DNA from: an uncultured Candidatus Saccharibacteria bacterium
Lineage (GTDB): Bacteria > Patescibacteriota > Minisyncoccia > Phycocordibacterales > UBA2100
Reading direction: 5' to 3'
Assembly: GCA_964434285.1 (NCBI GenBank)
Contig: CAYSUJ010000004.1
Span: 18,732 to 82,731, forward strand
Length of the DNA: 64,000 nt
Under the pieces are notes generated by a model. That model was not told the origin of the DNA. It was given only the letters and a program-made list of their open reading frames with translations, and ran no database searches. Shown here piece by piece: positions 29,053 to 37,933 of the stretch. The first letter of the stretch is position 1, and each line of letters begins with the position of its first letter. A program made the position numbers and the translations under genes.

Positions 29053-30327
29053 CTAGTACTCGCGAATTGAGGTCTGTGCGTCGATTTTTTTGACGACGTC
29101 GAGGACCACTGAAACTGCAATGAGGAGCGCCGTACCACCGATTGTGAGTGCCGTGATGCCGGTCAAGCCTTGGAGGATGATTGGAAGAACTGCGATGCCT
29201 CCCAAGAAGAGTGCACCTACCAGCGTGATGCGGGTGATGATGGTGGCGAGGTATTCGGCCGTCGTGTGCCCTGGGCGCACGCCCGGAATAAAGGCACCGT
29301 TCTTCTGGAGATTCTTTGCCACCTGATGCGGCTCAAAGGTGATTGCGGTGTAAAAGAACGTAAACATGAATACGAGGAGGAAGTAGAGCACTCCGTAGAC
29401 CCACTGATTCGCGAGTCCATTTACAACCGCCTGAGCGCCAGCTGAAAGCCACGTGATCGATGATTGCGAGACGAAGGTGGCGATCATTTGCGGAAAGAGG
29501 AGGATGGAGAGACCGAAGATAATCGGCATCACCCCCGACTGATTAAGGCGGAGTGGAAGATAGGTGGAAACACCGCCCATCACACGAGAGCCGCGAACGC
29601 GACGAGCATAGGTGACGGGAATCGGGCGTTCTGCCTCCGTGATGAAGACGACGCCCGCAGTTATCGCGATGCCAAGCGCAGCGAATGCGAGGTAGGTCGG
29701 CACCTGGGAGACATCGAACGCGAATGCAATCTGCGCAAACGCAGCGGGAAGTCCCGCAACGATGCCGGCAAAGATGATAAGTGAGACACCGTTCCCCACA
29801 CCGAACTCGGTGATAAGTTCACCGATCCACATGAGGAGAAGCGAGCCCGCCGCAACGATGAGTGTGTTCACGATTGCCGTTTCAAGATCCATCGGTGGGA
29901 TCGCGCCGTTCTGCTGGAGAAGTAGGAGGAATGCAAAACCCTGTAAGAGCGCGAGTGGCACCGTGAGGTAGCGCGCGTAGGTCATGAAGCGTGCGCGACC
30001 AGCATCCCCTTCTTCCTGATACATCTCCTTGATTTTTGGCACCAAGACCGTGAGGAGCTGCATCACGATCGAGGCCGTGATGTAGGGGCCGACACCGAGC
30101 ATGACGATGGAGAGATTAGAAAAACCGCCGCCGGAGAAGACGTTTAAGAGGCCGAGGAATTGGTTGTTCGCGAGAAACGCCTGAACACCCGAGGCATCGA
30201 TCGATGGCACGGGAATCGCCGCGAGGAGTCGAAAGACGACGAGTGCGCCAAGCACAAAGAGGACTCGAGCCCGGAGGATTGGGTCTTCAATGACGATCTG
30301 AACTTTGCGCACGAATGCATCGAACAT
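29053..30327 (-). CDS. secY: preprotein translocase SecY
   Basis: 424 aa, 10 transmembrane segments, follows rplO. Confidence 0.9.
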   Translation of the reverse strand: MFDAFVRKVQIVIEDPILRARVLFVLGALVVFRLLAAIPVPSIDASGVQAFLANNQFLGLLNVFSGGGFSNLSIVMLGVGPYITASIVMQLLTVLVPKIKEMYQEEGDAGRARFMTYARYLTVPLALLQGFAFLLLLQQNGAIPPMDLETAIVNTLIVAAGSLLLMWIGELITEFGVGNGVSLIIFAGIVAGLPAAFAQIAFAFDVSQVPTYLAFAALGIAITAGVVFITEAERPIPVTYARRVRGSRVMGGVSTYLPLRLNQSGVMPIIFGLSILLFPQMIATFVSQSSITWLSAGAQAVVNGLANQWVYGVLYFLLVFMFTFFYTAITFEPHQVAKNLQKNGAFIPGVRPGHTTAEYLATIITRITLVGALFLGGIAVLPIILQGLTGITALTIGGTALLIAVSVVLDVVKKIDAQTSIREY

Positions 30328-30330
30328 AGG

Positions 30331-30780
30331 TTAGGAAATGGTTCCCCCCGCCTTTTCGATAGCTGCTTTTGCGCCCGTCGTGACGAGCACGCCGGTAACC
30401 GTGAGCTTCTTCGAAATAGCCGCGCCGACGATCTTCACTGCCGGAGCCTTGCGGCCTTTCTTTACAGAAATGATTCCTGCTTCTGCGAGCGTCTGTGGAT
30501 TCACCGCACCACTCATCTTTTCGAGCTGAGCAAGTGTGACCGTAACTGGGCGAGGCTTCTTTTCCCACACCGTGCGGCCACGATTCTTACCGAAGCCACG
30601 GCGCTTTGGGATCTTCTTGATGATGTCGCGAAGTGCTGGACGAATCTTTGCGCCGGCGCGCGCTGTCTGACCCTTACCACCCTTCCCCGAGGTCTTACCG
30701 CGCGTGGAAGACTGACCACGACCAACGCGGCGATACGGACGCTTCGTCATTCGCTTGAGTGTGTGAAGTGCTTTTTCCAT
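30331..30780 (-). CDS. rplO: 50S ribosomal protein L15
   Basis: Gly/Arg-rich N-terminus and ...AAIEKAGGTIS. Directly follows rpsE with no L30 gene. Confidence 0.85.
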   Translation of the reverse strand: MEKALHTLKRMTKRPYRRVGRGQSSTRGKTSGKGGKGQTARAGAKIRPALRDIIKKIPKRRGFGKNRGRTVWEKKPRPVTVTLAQLEKMSGAVNPQTLAEAGIISVKKGRKAPAVKIVGAAISKKLTVTGVLVTTGAKAAIEKAGGTIS

Positions 30781-30781
30781 A

Positions 30782-31477
30782 TTAGTTCTTGGCGATCTGC
30801 TTCAAAGCCTCGACGGCAGCGCGGGCATTGTTGATTGGGTTGTGCGAGCGGGAAAGAATCTTTGCGGTGACGTCGGTGACGCCCGCGAGCTCAAGGACTG
30901 AACGAACGGATGAACCCGCCACGAGACCACGGCCAGGAGATGGGCGGATCTCAAGCACGGATGCTGCATACTTTGCGGTTACATCGTGCTTAATTGAGTT
31001 TGTCTTCGTGAGATCAACAGTGATCATGGCGCGCTTTGCAGCACGTGATGCCTTCTCGATCGCAAGTTGTGTGTCTGCGGCTTTGCCCAAGCCCACACCC
31101 ACACGACCCTTCTTGTCGCCGAGCGCCATACAGACGGAGAAATTGAAGCGGCGACCACCAGCCATCACACGCGCGACACGGCGGATGGAAAGCATTTTTT
31201 GTGCGAACTCAGAACGACGCTCATCGCCACCACGGCGAGGACCGCGGCGATCGCCTCCACGACGATCACGCTGGCCGCGTCCCATGCGAGGACCACGCGT
31301 GTCTGCCTGTGGTGCCTGCGGTGCAGCCATAACAACCTCCGTTTCCGGTGTTTCGTTCTGCGTGTCGATTACCTGTGTTTCGTCAGTCATATTAAAATTC
31401 GAGTCCTGCCTTACGCGCTGCGTCAGCAAACGCCTTGATAGTGCCTTGGTATTGGAATCCACCACGATCGAAGACAA
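30782..31477 (-). CDS. rpsE: 30S ribosomal protein S5 (the real start is probably near 31390; the R/G-rich N-terminal extension may be partly artefact)
   Basis: ...RRFNFSVCMALGDKKGRVGVGLGKA... Confidence 0.9.
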   Translation of the reverse strand: MSSIVVDSNTKALSRRLLTQRVRQDSNFNMTDETQVIDTQNETPETEVVMAAPQAPQADTRGPRMGRGQRDRRGGDRRGPRRGGDERRSEFAQKMLSIRRVARVMAGGRRFNFSVCMALGDKKGRVGVGLGKAADTQLAIEKASRAAKRAMITVDLTKTNSIKHDVTAKYAASVLEIRPSPGRGLVAGSSVRSVLELAGVTDVTAKILSRSHNPINNARAAVEALKQIAKN

Positions 31478-31739
31478 CCTTCTTCACACCCTTCTCTCCC
31501 GCCTTCTTCGCAAGCATCTCTGCTGCCTTCTCTGCCTTCTCGCGCGGTGTGCCGGTCTTTACTTCGTTTGAGGTGACCGCAGCGAGCGTTGCTCCGCGCT
31601 CGTCGTCAATGATCTGCGCGATGACGCGTGTATTCGATTTGTAGATAGAGAGACGTGGGCGCTCCTTAGTGCCAGAAACCTTCGCGCGTACGCGATTGTG
31701 TCGGCGTGTTCGTTTTTCTGATGCAGTGAGTGTTTTCAT
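31392..31739 (-). CDS. rplR: 50S ribosomal protein L18
   Basis: RPRLSIYKSNTRVIAQIIDD... Confidence 0.85.
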   Translation of the reverse strand: MKTLTASEKRTRRHNRVRAKVSGTKERPRLSIYKSNTRVIAQIIDDERGATLAAVTSNEVKTGTPREKAEKAAEMLAKKAGEKGVKKVVFDRGGFQYQGTIKAFADAARKAGLEF

Positions 31740-31744
31740 ATGTG

Positions 31745-32287
31745 TTATGCGGATGCTGCGGCTTTCTTACCCTGCTTCTGGCGGACGACTTCGCCCTCAT
31801 AACGAATACCCTTGCCCTTGTATGGCTCTGGCTTCTTGAGGGAGCGAATAGATGCAGCAAATTGACCAACCGCATCTTTGTCGGCGCCAGAAATGGTGAC
31901 GATGTTTTTCTCCACGACCGCGGTGAGACCTTCAGGAATCGCAACAATGACAGGGTGCGAAAAGCCGAGCGCCATCTTGAGATTCTTGCCCTGCAATTCT
32001 GCTTTGTAGCCGATACCTTCGATCTGGAGCTTCTTCTGGAAGGGTGTGTTGACGCCGGAGATCATGTTCTTTACGTGCGCAGCGTAGGTGCCCCAGAGTG
32101 CTTTTGCGAGGCGCGATTCATTTGCAGGATTCACGGATACCGAGCCGCCCTCAACCTTGACCGAAACAGCGCTGTGCGTTGGGCGAGAAAGCGTGCCTCC
32201 CTTCCCTTTGACGGTGATGGAATCCGCAGAGACCGAGACATCAGTGCCTGCTGGAATGGCGATAGCGAGTTTACCAATACGTGACAT
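31745..32287 (-). CDS. rplF: 50S ribosomal protein L6 (the listed ORF runs to 32344; likely start MSRIGKL)
   Basis: MSRIGKLAIAIPAGTDVSV... Confidence 0.85.
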   Translation of the reverse strand: MSRIGKLAIAIPAGTDVSVSADSITVKGKGGTLSRPTHSAVSVKVEGGSVSVNPANESRLAKALWGTYAAHVKNMISGVNTPFQKKLQIEGIGYKAELQGKNLKMALGFSHPVIVAIPEGLTAVVEKNIVTISGADKDAVGQFAASIRSLKKPEPYKGKGIRYEGEVVRQKQGKKAAASA

Positions 32288-32291
32288 ATGA

Positions 32292-32687
32292 TTACCAAAT
32301 TTGGAAGAGCGCTTCACCGCCGACCTTTTCTTTCTTTGCTTCAAGACCCGTTTTCACGCCCTTCGGAGTGGAGAGGATGATCGCGCCATGACCATAGCGA
32401 ACTGGTGTGATGTCGGTTACCGATGCGTAGATGCGACGGCCTGGCTTTGAGATGCGCTTTACGCCCTTGATGTGGGGCGCGCCGCCTTCAGTGTATTTGA
32501 GATGCACCTCGATCGTCTTCTTGACCTTCTTCCCCTTCTTCTCAACCTGCTTTATCCAACCCGCATCCTTGAGCTTTTCTGCAATCGCGAGCTTGAACGA
32601 GGAAAACGGCACCGAGACGGTTGCCTGCTTCACAGCCCCAGCATTCGTGAGACGGTTTATGAAATCGCCGACAGGATCAGTAATCAT
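32292..32687 (-). CDS. rpsH: 30S ribosomal protein S8
   Basis: MITDPVGDFINRLTNA... Confidence 0.9.
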   Translation of the reverse strand: MITDPVGDFINRLTNAGAVKQATVSVPFSSFKLAIAEKLKDAGWIKQVEKKGKKVKKTIEVHLKYTEGGAPHIKGVKRISKPGRRIYASVTDITPVRYGHGAIILSTPKGVKTGLEAKKEKVGGEALFQIW

Positions 32688-32694
32688 AAGAAAA

Positions 32695-32880
32695 TTACCA
32701 AGAAGACTTCTTTACGCCTGGGATGTTGCCCTCAAGCGCTTCCTCGCGGAAGCAGATGCGGCAGAGGTTGAAATCACGCATGAAGCCACGTGGGCGGCCG
32801 CACTTGAAGCAACGACGAACCGTGCGCGAAGTGAATTTCGGCGTGCGGTTAGCTTTCACGATCATTGATTTCTTGGCCAT
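32695..32880 (-). CDS. rpsZ: 30S ribosomal protein S14 type Z (zinc-binding)
   Basis: 61 aa with CFKCG...CRIC. Confidence 0.9.
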   Translation of the reverse strand: MAKKSMIVKANRTPKFTSRTVRRCFKCGRPRGFMRDFNLCRICFREEALEGNIPGVKKSSW

Positions 32881-33179
32881 GGAATAGTTTCTAGTTGTTA
32901 GATTTCAGTTGCCAGTTAAAACAGCAACTTAATCTGAATGCCTAAAGGAGAGTTTCGGGGCTTGCACCTTGGCTTTCGCCGAGAGGTTATAGCGTCCCAA
33001 TCCGTGGCCTAGATTCTGGCAGTTTACCCCGAGCGCAGTCGAGGGGTTTCCTCGGCCAGCTGACGTACTTGCTCAAACTCAGACCCCCTATGAGGCTTGG
33101 GCATATTACTTGAGCCTGTTTGAAAAGTCAAAGGGTTGGTGTAATGTCTCGATAGATCCGAATTAGGGGAGAATAGAAC

Positions 33180-33506
33180 ATGTTCTGGAAGACAAAAGCC
33201 CGCGATAACATCAGTTTCGTCTTTGGTTCTAAGGCCGCAAAAGCGCTTCGGGAAATAACGGCTTCATATGGGTTCGACTCTGATGCGCACACGATTCGAA
33301 TGGCACTCACAAGTGCTCGATCATTAATGAACATCGAAAAAGAACGGGGGTGGCAGGTTATTTTGCGGGACGAACTTGGCAACGAGTGGAGTTTTTCGAT
33401 GAAAGACCCCACTAAGGCGTTTCCCATAGGAACGCACAAGGCCCCGCCCCCGGACAAGCCTCGAGCCGTCGGAAATGTCATTCATTTCGACTTTGGGAAA
33501 CAATAG
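33180..33506 (+). CDS. hypothetical protein (108 aa) with its own terminator
   Basis: GGGGAG ribosome-binding site and a plausible TTGAAA/TAATGT promoter upstream. A strong terminator follows. Confidence 0.35.
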   Translation: MFWKTKARDNISFVFGSKAAKALREITASYGFDSDAHTIRMALTSARSLMNIEKERGWQVILRDELGNEWSFSMKDPTKAFPIGTHKAPPPDKPRAVGNVIHFDFGKQ

Positions 33507-33526
33507 GAGACCGCCACTCCTGTTAA

Positions 33527-33550
33527 GACCGCCTCTCGGCGGTCTTTTTC
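33527..33550 (+). terminator. rho-independent terminator
   Basis: gaccgcc-tctc-ggcggtc hairpin followed by TTTTTC. Confidence 0.7.
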
Positions 33551-33557
33551 TTGCTGC

Positions 33558-33585
33558 TTGACAAATTTATACCAAAATATATATT
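33558..33585 (+). promoter_or_regulatory. sigma70-like promoter for dinJ-yafQ
   Basis: TTGACA-N16-TATATT. The ATG of dinJ is 8 nt downstream of the -10 element, so the transcript is leaderless or near-leaderless. Confidence 0.5.
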
Positions 33586-33592
33586 TGAGTAT

Positions 33593-33865
33593 ATGGCTAC
33601 TACTACCGTACTTTTTAAGACCGATAAGAAATTAAAAGCGGCTGCGCAGGCGACTGCAAAGAAGATGGGCATCCCCTTTTCTGCTCTTCTTAATAACGCG
33701 ATGAGGGAGATTGTCGAGAAACAAGAAGTAACCTTTTCGGCGAAGCCGCTCGTGCCTACTCCCTATTTGAGACGGATATTGGAACAGGGGGAAAAAAATC
33801 TAAAAGAAGGAAGGGTTACTTACTACAACAGTCTTGAAGAGATGCGTGCAGCTCTCGACAAGTAA
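33593..33865 (+). CDS. dinJ: RelB/DinJ-family antitoxin (the listed ORF starts at a TTG at 33551)
   Basis: MATTTVLFKTDKKLKAAAQATAKKMGIPFSALLNNAMREIVEKQEV... Confidence 0.7.
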   Translation: MATTTVLFKTDKKLKAAAQATAKKMGIPFSALLNNAMREIVEKQEVTFSAKPLVPTPYLRRILEQGEKNLKEGRVTYYNSLEEMRAALDK

Positions 33866-33869
33866 CACT

Positions 33870-34133
33870 ATGCGAACTGTTGGTGATAAGGTGTTTAATC
33901 GTCAATACAAAAAGCTTGCCAAATCAATCCAGGATAAGCTGTGGGAACGTCTCGCGCTTCTTATCCAAAACGAATCACATCCCTTGCTGCACGACCATAA
34001 ACTCAATCCGCCATATGATGGCTACCGGAGCATCAATATCACCGGGGACTATCGCCTGGTGTACAAGAAGATGGATGAGGATACTTACTATCTTCGCGCC
34101 ATTGGAACGCATCACCAACTGTACGGATCGTAA
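33870..34133 (+). CDS. yafQ: YafQ/RelE-family toxin (the listed ORF starts at 33834)
   Basis: ...LHDHKLNPPYDGYRSINITGDYRLVYKKMDEDTYYLRAIGTHHQLY. Confidence 0.7.
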   Translation: MRTVGDKVFNRQYKKLAKSIQDKLWERLALLIQNESHPLLHDHKLNPPYDGYRSINITGDYRLVYKKMDEDTYYLRAIGTHHQLYGS

Positions 34134-34263
34134 GGAGGCCGGATGGTGGAGAACAGCGGAAAAATTAGAGCACGCCACGGGCTATCCAAAAATAGAGGCG
34201 GGCATATAGTTCCCCGCAGGTACGGAATGAACCGTACACATTGAGGAAACTAAGGAGGTTCAA

Positions 34264-34713
34264 ATGGCATTACGCAGAGGGTTTATGCTCCTTTGTGCCG
34301 CACTTCTCTTCTCTCTCCCGGCGCACGCAAACTCCTTGGCACCCTTCTCGGGCAGTGGAGGGGCGAGCGGAACGATTCTGCTCGTGGGCAAGTCGAGCGC
34401 GGATCGCGCGAATTGCTCCCGACGCTCAAGTGTCGTCGGGAGCAGTGGGCTCTCGTTCTCGCTCTCGTGCAGCGGCGGACGCGATTTCAACCTTTCATGC
34501 TTGTTCAGTACGACAGGTTCACGCGTGAGCGGGAACTGCAGCGCGGGAATCGCAAGCCTCTCGGGAAGCGGCACCGTGAACGGCAAAGTGATGCAGTTGT
34601 CGATGCAAAGCAGTTTCGGGACGCATGCGTATATGACGATCACGCCGTCGTCGCTCTCGTTCCGATCGCCGGACGCGAAATATGTGAAATCGCTGCAGAT
34701 CAGCAGCCGATAA
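34264..34713 (+). CDS. secreted Ser/Gly-rich small protein
   Basis: Strong ribosome-binding site AAGGAGG. Signal peptide MALRRGFMLLCAALLFSLPAHA. Confidence 0.45.
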   Translation: MALRRGFMLLCAALLFSLPAHANSLAPFSGSGGASGTILLVGKSSADRANCSRRSSVVGSSGLSFSLSCSGGRDFNLSCLFSTTGSRVSGNCSAGIASLSGSGTVNGKVMQLSMQSSFGTHAYMTITPSSLSFRSPDAKYVKSLQISSR

Positions 34714-34729
34714 GACAATTGATACGAGA

Positions 34730-34751
34730 GGGCGGCGCCTGCCGCCCTTTT
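34730..34751 (+). terminator. rho-independent terminator
   Basis: gggcggc-gcct-gccgccc hairpin followed by TTTT. Confidence 0.7.
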
Positions 34752-34947
34752 GAATGGAAAGACCACTCTTGCGAGTGGTCATTCTTCCTTATGCTTTGAG
34801 CGGGAGGGTCAAGTCACTAAGATTTTCCATCGCACTGTGCGCTCGTAAAATCTAAGTGCTTCCTCCCCGGGCTCGCGGTTTTTGCTTCGCAAAAACATCG
34901 CTCCGCCTCTTGCCTGCTGCCGGACAAGAAGAAGTTCTTGTCCTGCG

Positions 34948-35487
34948 CTACGCGCGCAGCGGCAAGCCGAGGTGGCGGAGGAAGGCTTCGGCTTCCTTTT
35001 TATTTTTTGCTGTTGTGGTGATGGTGACTGCAAGGCCAAAAATGTCCTTTGCTTCTTCGTCGGCGGTTTCTGGGAACACGGTGTGCTCCTTGAAGCCGAG
35101 CGTAATGTTCCCCATCTCGTCGATCGCCTTAGGATTCAAGCCGCGGAAGTCGCGAACACGCGGGAAGACGATGTGCACAAGCTTGTCGAGGAATGTCTGC
35201 ATGCGGCTCCCTCGAAGCGTCACCATGTAACCAGAGAGATCGCCACGGCGGGTCTTGAAGTTCGCGATGGATTTCGTCGTCGTGCGTGGCGCTGGCTTCT
35301 GACCAGTGAGACGCGTGAGACGGCCGTTGATGAGTTCGAGGCGCTTTTTGTCCTTGACGCCGCCCACACCTGTGGAGACGACGATCTTGGTGACGCGTGG
35401 CGCCTGCATTGGGCTCGAGTAATTAAAATCACCCTTGAGTGCTGTGAAGGTTCCCTTGTGTGTATCTGCGGAAGTGTGCTTTTTCAT
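34948..35487 (-). CDS. rplE: 50S ribosomal protein L5
   Basis: ...RVTKIVVSTGVGG...MVTLRG. Confidence 0.9.
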   Translation of the reverse strand: MKKHTSADTHKGTFTALKGDFNYSSPMQAPRVTKIVVSTGVGGVKDKKRLELINGRLTRLTGQKPAPRTTTKSIANFKTRRGDLSGYMVTLRGSRMQTFLDKLVHIVFPRVRDFRGLNPKAIDEMGNITLGFKEHTVFPETADEEAKDIFGLAVTITTTAKNKKEAEAFLRHLGLPLRA

Positions 35488-35488
35488 A

Positions 35489-35800
35489 TTATGCGATCTT
35501 AGCCTTACTCTTTACTGCCACACGCTCACGCGCGCCGGTCTTCGAGCGCTCGATGCGGATGCGAGTTGGCTTCCCATCTTTTGGATCTGCGAGCATCACG
35601 TTTGAAACGTGAATCGGCATCACCTTCTCGATGATCTGACCCTTGCGCGTGCGCTGATTGGGCTTTCGATGCTTCTTCGACATATTGAGGCCATCGATAA
35701 CAACCATCTCCTTCTTTGGAAGCACACGCGCAACAGTACCCGAGCTGCCCTTGCTCTTTCCTGCGATGACTATGACTTTGTCTCCTTTCTTGATTTTCAT
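35489..35800 (-). CDS. rplX: 50S ribosomal protein L24
   Basis: MKIKKGDKVIVIAGKSKG (KOW motif). Confidence 0.9.
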   Translation of the reverse strand: MKIKKGDKVIVIAGKSKGSSGTVARVLPKKEMVVIDGLNMSKKHRKPNQRTRKGQIIEKVMPIHVSNVMLADPKDGKPTRIRIERSKTGARERVAVKSKAKIA

Positions 35801-35969
35801 AAAATTTCAGATTTTGAATGATTGATTGCACTCAGAATCGGGCTTGTTTGAGGCAAAACCGAGCGTTTGGAAACACTGAATGACCGCGGCACTATACCTT
35901 CCTTTTGGCTAAAAAACAAGACCCCGGGCGCTCGCGCGTCCGGGGTCATAATCTACATGCCAAGCACTT

Positions 35970-36827
35970 CTATGCGGCGAGACCGAAGCCTTTAAGGGTG
36001 GCCTGCGCGACCCGCTTGCCGAGCTCCTCGTTCTTGAAGCGCTGGGCGTTGATGTGCGGACCGGAGCCGAAGAAGCCGCTCGAAACCGAAAAGCCGTGCA
36101 CGGTGCCTACCTTGATGGCGGCGAGCACCTCATCCTTCGTCCAGCTGTAGAGGCCGTTCGTCGGATTGCGCATTTCTTCGGCCTGACCGACCAGCTGGAA
36201 GAAGCTGGCTTCCTCCTTGAGGTCGGCGAACGAGAGCGGCTGGTTGTTGTGGTACTTCCAGACGTTGCCACGTTCGATGAGTTCGATCCATGACTCCTCG
36301 GCGGTTGTCGAAACGCCTGCCGAGTAGTTGACCCCGTAGAAGGGCCATGGCGAACCGTCGCTACGACCTTCGTGCATCTGGTGATAGTCGATGCGGCCGA
36401 TGGTCATCTCGTGCTCGATGCCGTCGTGCGGAAAGCGGACACGCACCTTGTCGTGCTCCCAGAACTTTGTCTCCGGGAGATCGCCGAGGCGAACGTACTT
36501 CTCGCGAAGAAGACCGCTTGCGTCGCGCATGGCGGCGTCACGGCGCCTCTCCTCGTCCTTGTCGACCATCTCGATTGACCAGTCACCGGGAACGATACGA
36601 CCGTCCCGAAGCCAGATGGACACTGCACCTTTGCAGTGATAGACGCCGGGCTGTCGCACGAGGACTGGAACACGCGGTATGTAGGTAACGGCGTCGTAGA
36701 AACCGCTGACGATGCCGATGGTGCCGTCGGGGACATTCTTGTAGGTGTCTGTCCACGCACGTCGCTCGGGATCGACCTTGAACATGACCTCGTCGCCAAT
36801 CTGCAGAAGTTCGGAAAGAATCATCAA
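35970..36827 (-). CDS. hypothetical cytoplasmic protein (285 aa) inserted between rplN and rplX
   Basis: Strong ribosome-binding site AGGAGG 7 nt from the ATG. Has its own consensus promoter. GC content is higher than the flanking ribosomal genes. No family recognised. Confidence 0.5.
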   Translation of the reverse strand: MMILSELLQIGDEVMFKVDPERRAWTDTYKNVPDGTIGIVSGFYDAVTYIPRVPVLVRQPGVYHCKGAVSIWLRDGRIVPGDWSIEMVDKDEERRRDAAMRDASGLLREKYVRLGDLPETKFWEHDKVRVRFPHDGIEHEMTIGRIDYHQMHEGRSDGSPWPFYGVNYSAGVSTTAEESWIELIERGNVWKYHNNQPLSFADLKEEASFFQLVGQAEEMRNPTNGLYSWTKDEVLAAIKVGTVHGFSVSSGFFGSGPHINAQRFKNEELGKRVAQATLKGFGLAA

Positions 36828-36886
36828 AGCCTCCTATTTTGAAGTCTTGCATATAAAAGTGGCTTTCTGAGCCACTTTCTATTTAT

Positions 36887-36914
36887 ATTATACTTTATAC
36901 ATGCGATATGTCAA
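36887..36914 (-). promoter_or_regulatory. consensus sigma70 promoter
   Basis: On the minus strand: TTGACA (36914-36909), 16-nt spacer, TATAAT (36892-36887). Confidence 0.55.
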
Positions 36915-37056
36915 TGCCATGGAGGGGGGAAAGCGAGACGGAGGGGTGAAAGTGCTTCACGAGGGACCCCGCAGCTGGCGAGGATGAGCCCGATTTGCAA
37001 GCTTGCAAATCGGGTCTGCCCGAGGGGGGCATTTTCACCTCTCCGCGAGCGGAGAT

Positions 37057-37437
37057 TTACACGATCTCCGGCGCGAGCGTACCAATGCGCTGATAGCCAG
37101 CTTCAACAACTTCGCGTGGGATAGGACCGAAGACACGAGATGCCTTTGGTTCCTTTGGCTCCTTACCAGAACCAGTGATGAGGACAACTGCGTTTTCATC
37201 AAAGCGGACATAGCTGCCGTCCTTGCGGCGGAGTGGCTTTGTCTGGCGAACGATGACTGCCTTGTGCACCTCCTTCTTCTTCACTGCTTTACGCGGCTGT
37301 GCTGTCTGGATGGAAATAACTACCTGGTCGCCCACCTGTGCGTAGCGCTTCTTGGAGCCGCCGAGCACCTTGAACACACGACCCATGGTTGCGCCGGAGT
37401 TGTCTGCGATCTTCACGAGAGTTCGGTCTTGAATCAT
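37057..37437 (-). CDS. rplN: 50S ribosomal protein L14
   Basis: MIQDRTLVKIADNSGA... Confidence 0.9.
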   Translation of the reverse strand: MIQDRTLVKIADNSGATMGRVFKVLGGSKKRYAQVGDQVVISIQTAQPRKAVKKKEVHKAVIVRQTKPLRRKDGSYVRFDENAVVLITGSGKEPKEPKASRVFGPIPREVVEAGYQRIGTLAPEIV

Positions 37438-37441
37438 AGGG

Positions 37442-37705
37442 TTATTCTGCCTTTGCGGAAGCGAGGATGGATGCGAGGGTGAAGTGCTTGCGCTTTGAGA
37501 GCGGGCGGATTTCGCGGATCGCGACCTTGTCCCCTACTTTCGCGGTGTTGCCCGCATCGTGCACGAGGAACTTCTTCGACTTCTTTATGTACTTCTGGTA
37601 CTTCGGGTGCTTTTCAAAGCGCTCCACGGAAACCGTGCAGGTGTCTTTCATCGCCGCCTTCACGACGACGCCCTCGAATGTCTTTCCTGTGGTTGTGGTT
37701 TCCAT
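37442..37705 (-). CDS. rpsQ: 30S ribosomal protein S17
   Basis: ...GVVVKAAMKDTCTVSVER... Confidence 0.9.
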   Translation of the reverse strand: METTTTGKTFEGVVVKAAMKDTCTVSVERFEKHPKYQKYIKKSKKFLVHDAGNTAKVGDKVAIREIRPLSKRKHFTLASILASAKAE

Positions 37706-37725
37706 AGTCTTAAAGAGTGTGCATC

Positions 37726-37929
37726 CTAGCCGTTTTTCTTCGTTTCTGCAATGCGGCGCACTGAGAGCTCAGTTTCCATGCGTGCGATCTCGCGGCGGAG
37801 CGTACGACCAGACCGGACATTACGCGTGCGAGAACCAGCCTCACCAAAGCGGAACGAGCGAAGGCTCTCGCGCTTTTCCGAGATCTCCTTCTGCAAATCT
37901 TCCACGCTGTGTTTCTTAAAATCTGCCAT
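37726..37929 (-). CDS. rpmC: 50S ribosomal protein L29
   Basis: 67 aa helical, MADFKKHSVEDLQKEISEKRESL. Confidence 0.85.
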   Translation of the reverse strand: MADFKKHSVEDLQKEISEKRESLRSFRFGEAGSRTRNVRSGRTLRREIARMETELSVRRIAETKKNG

Positions 37930-37933
37930 ACGA

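Noticed and set aside
32881-33179. tmRNA or RNase P RNA in the rpsZ upstream gap
   Set aside because: It lacks the tRNA-like 3' end (GGTTCGAxTCC...CCA) and the tag ORF of tmRNA, and the conserved RNase P P4/CR motifs. It is also too short.
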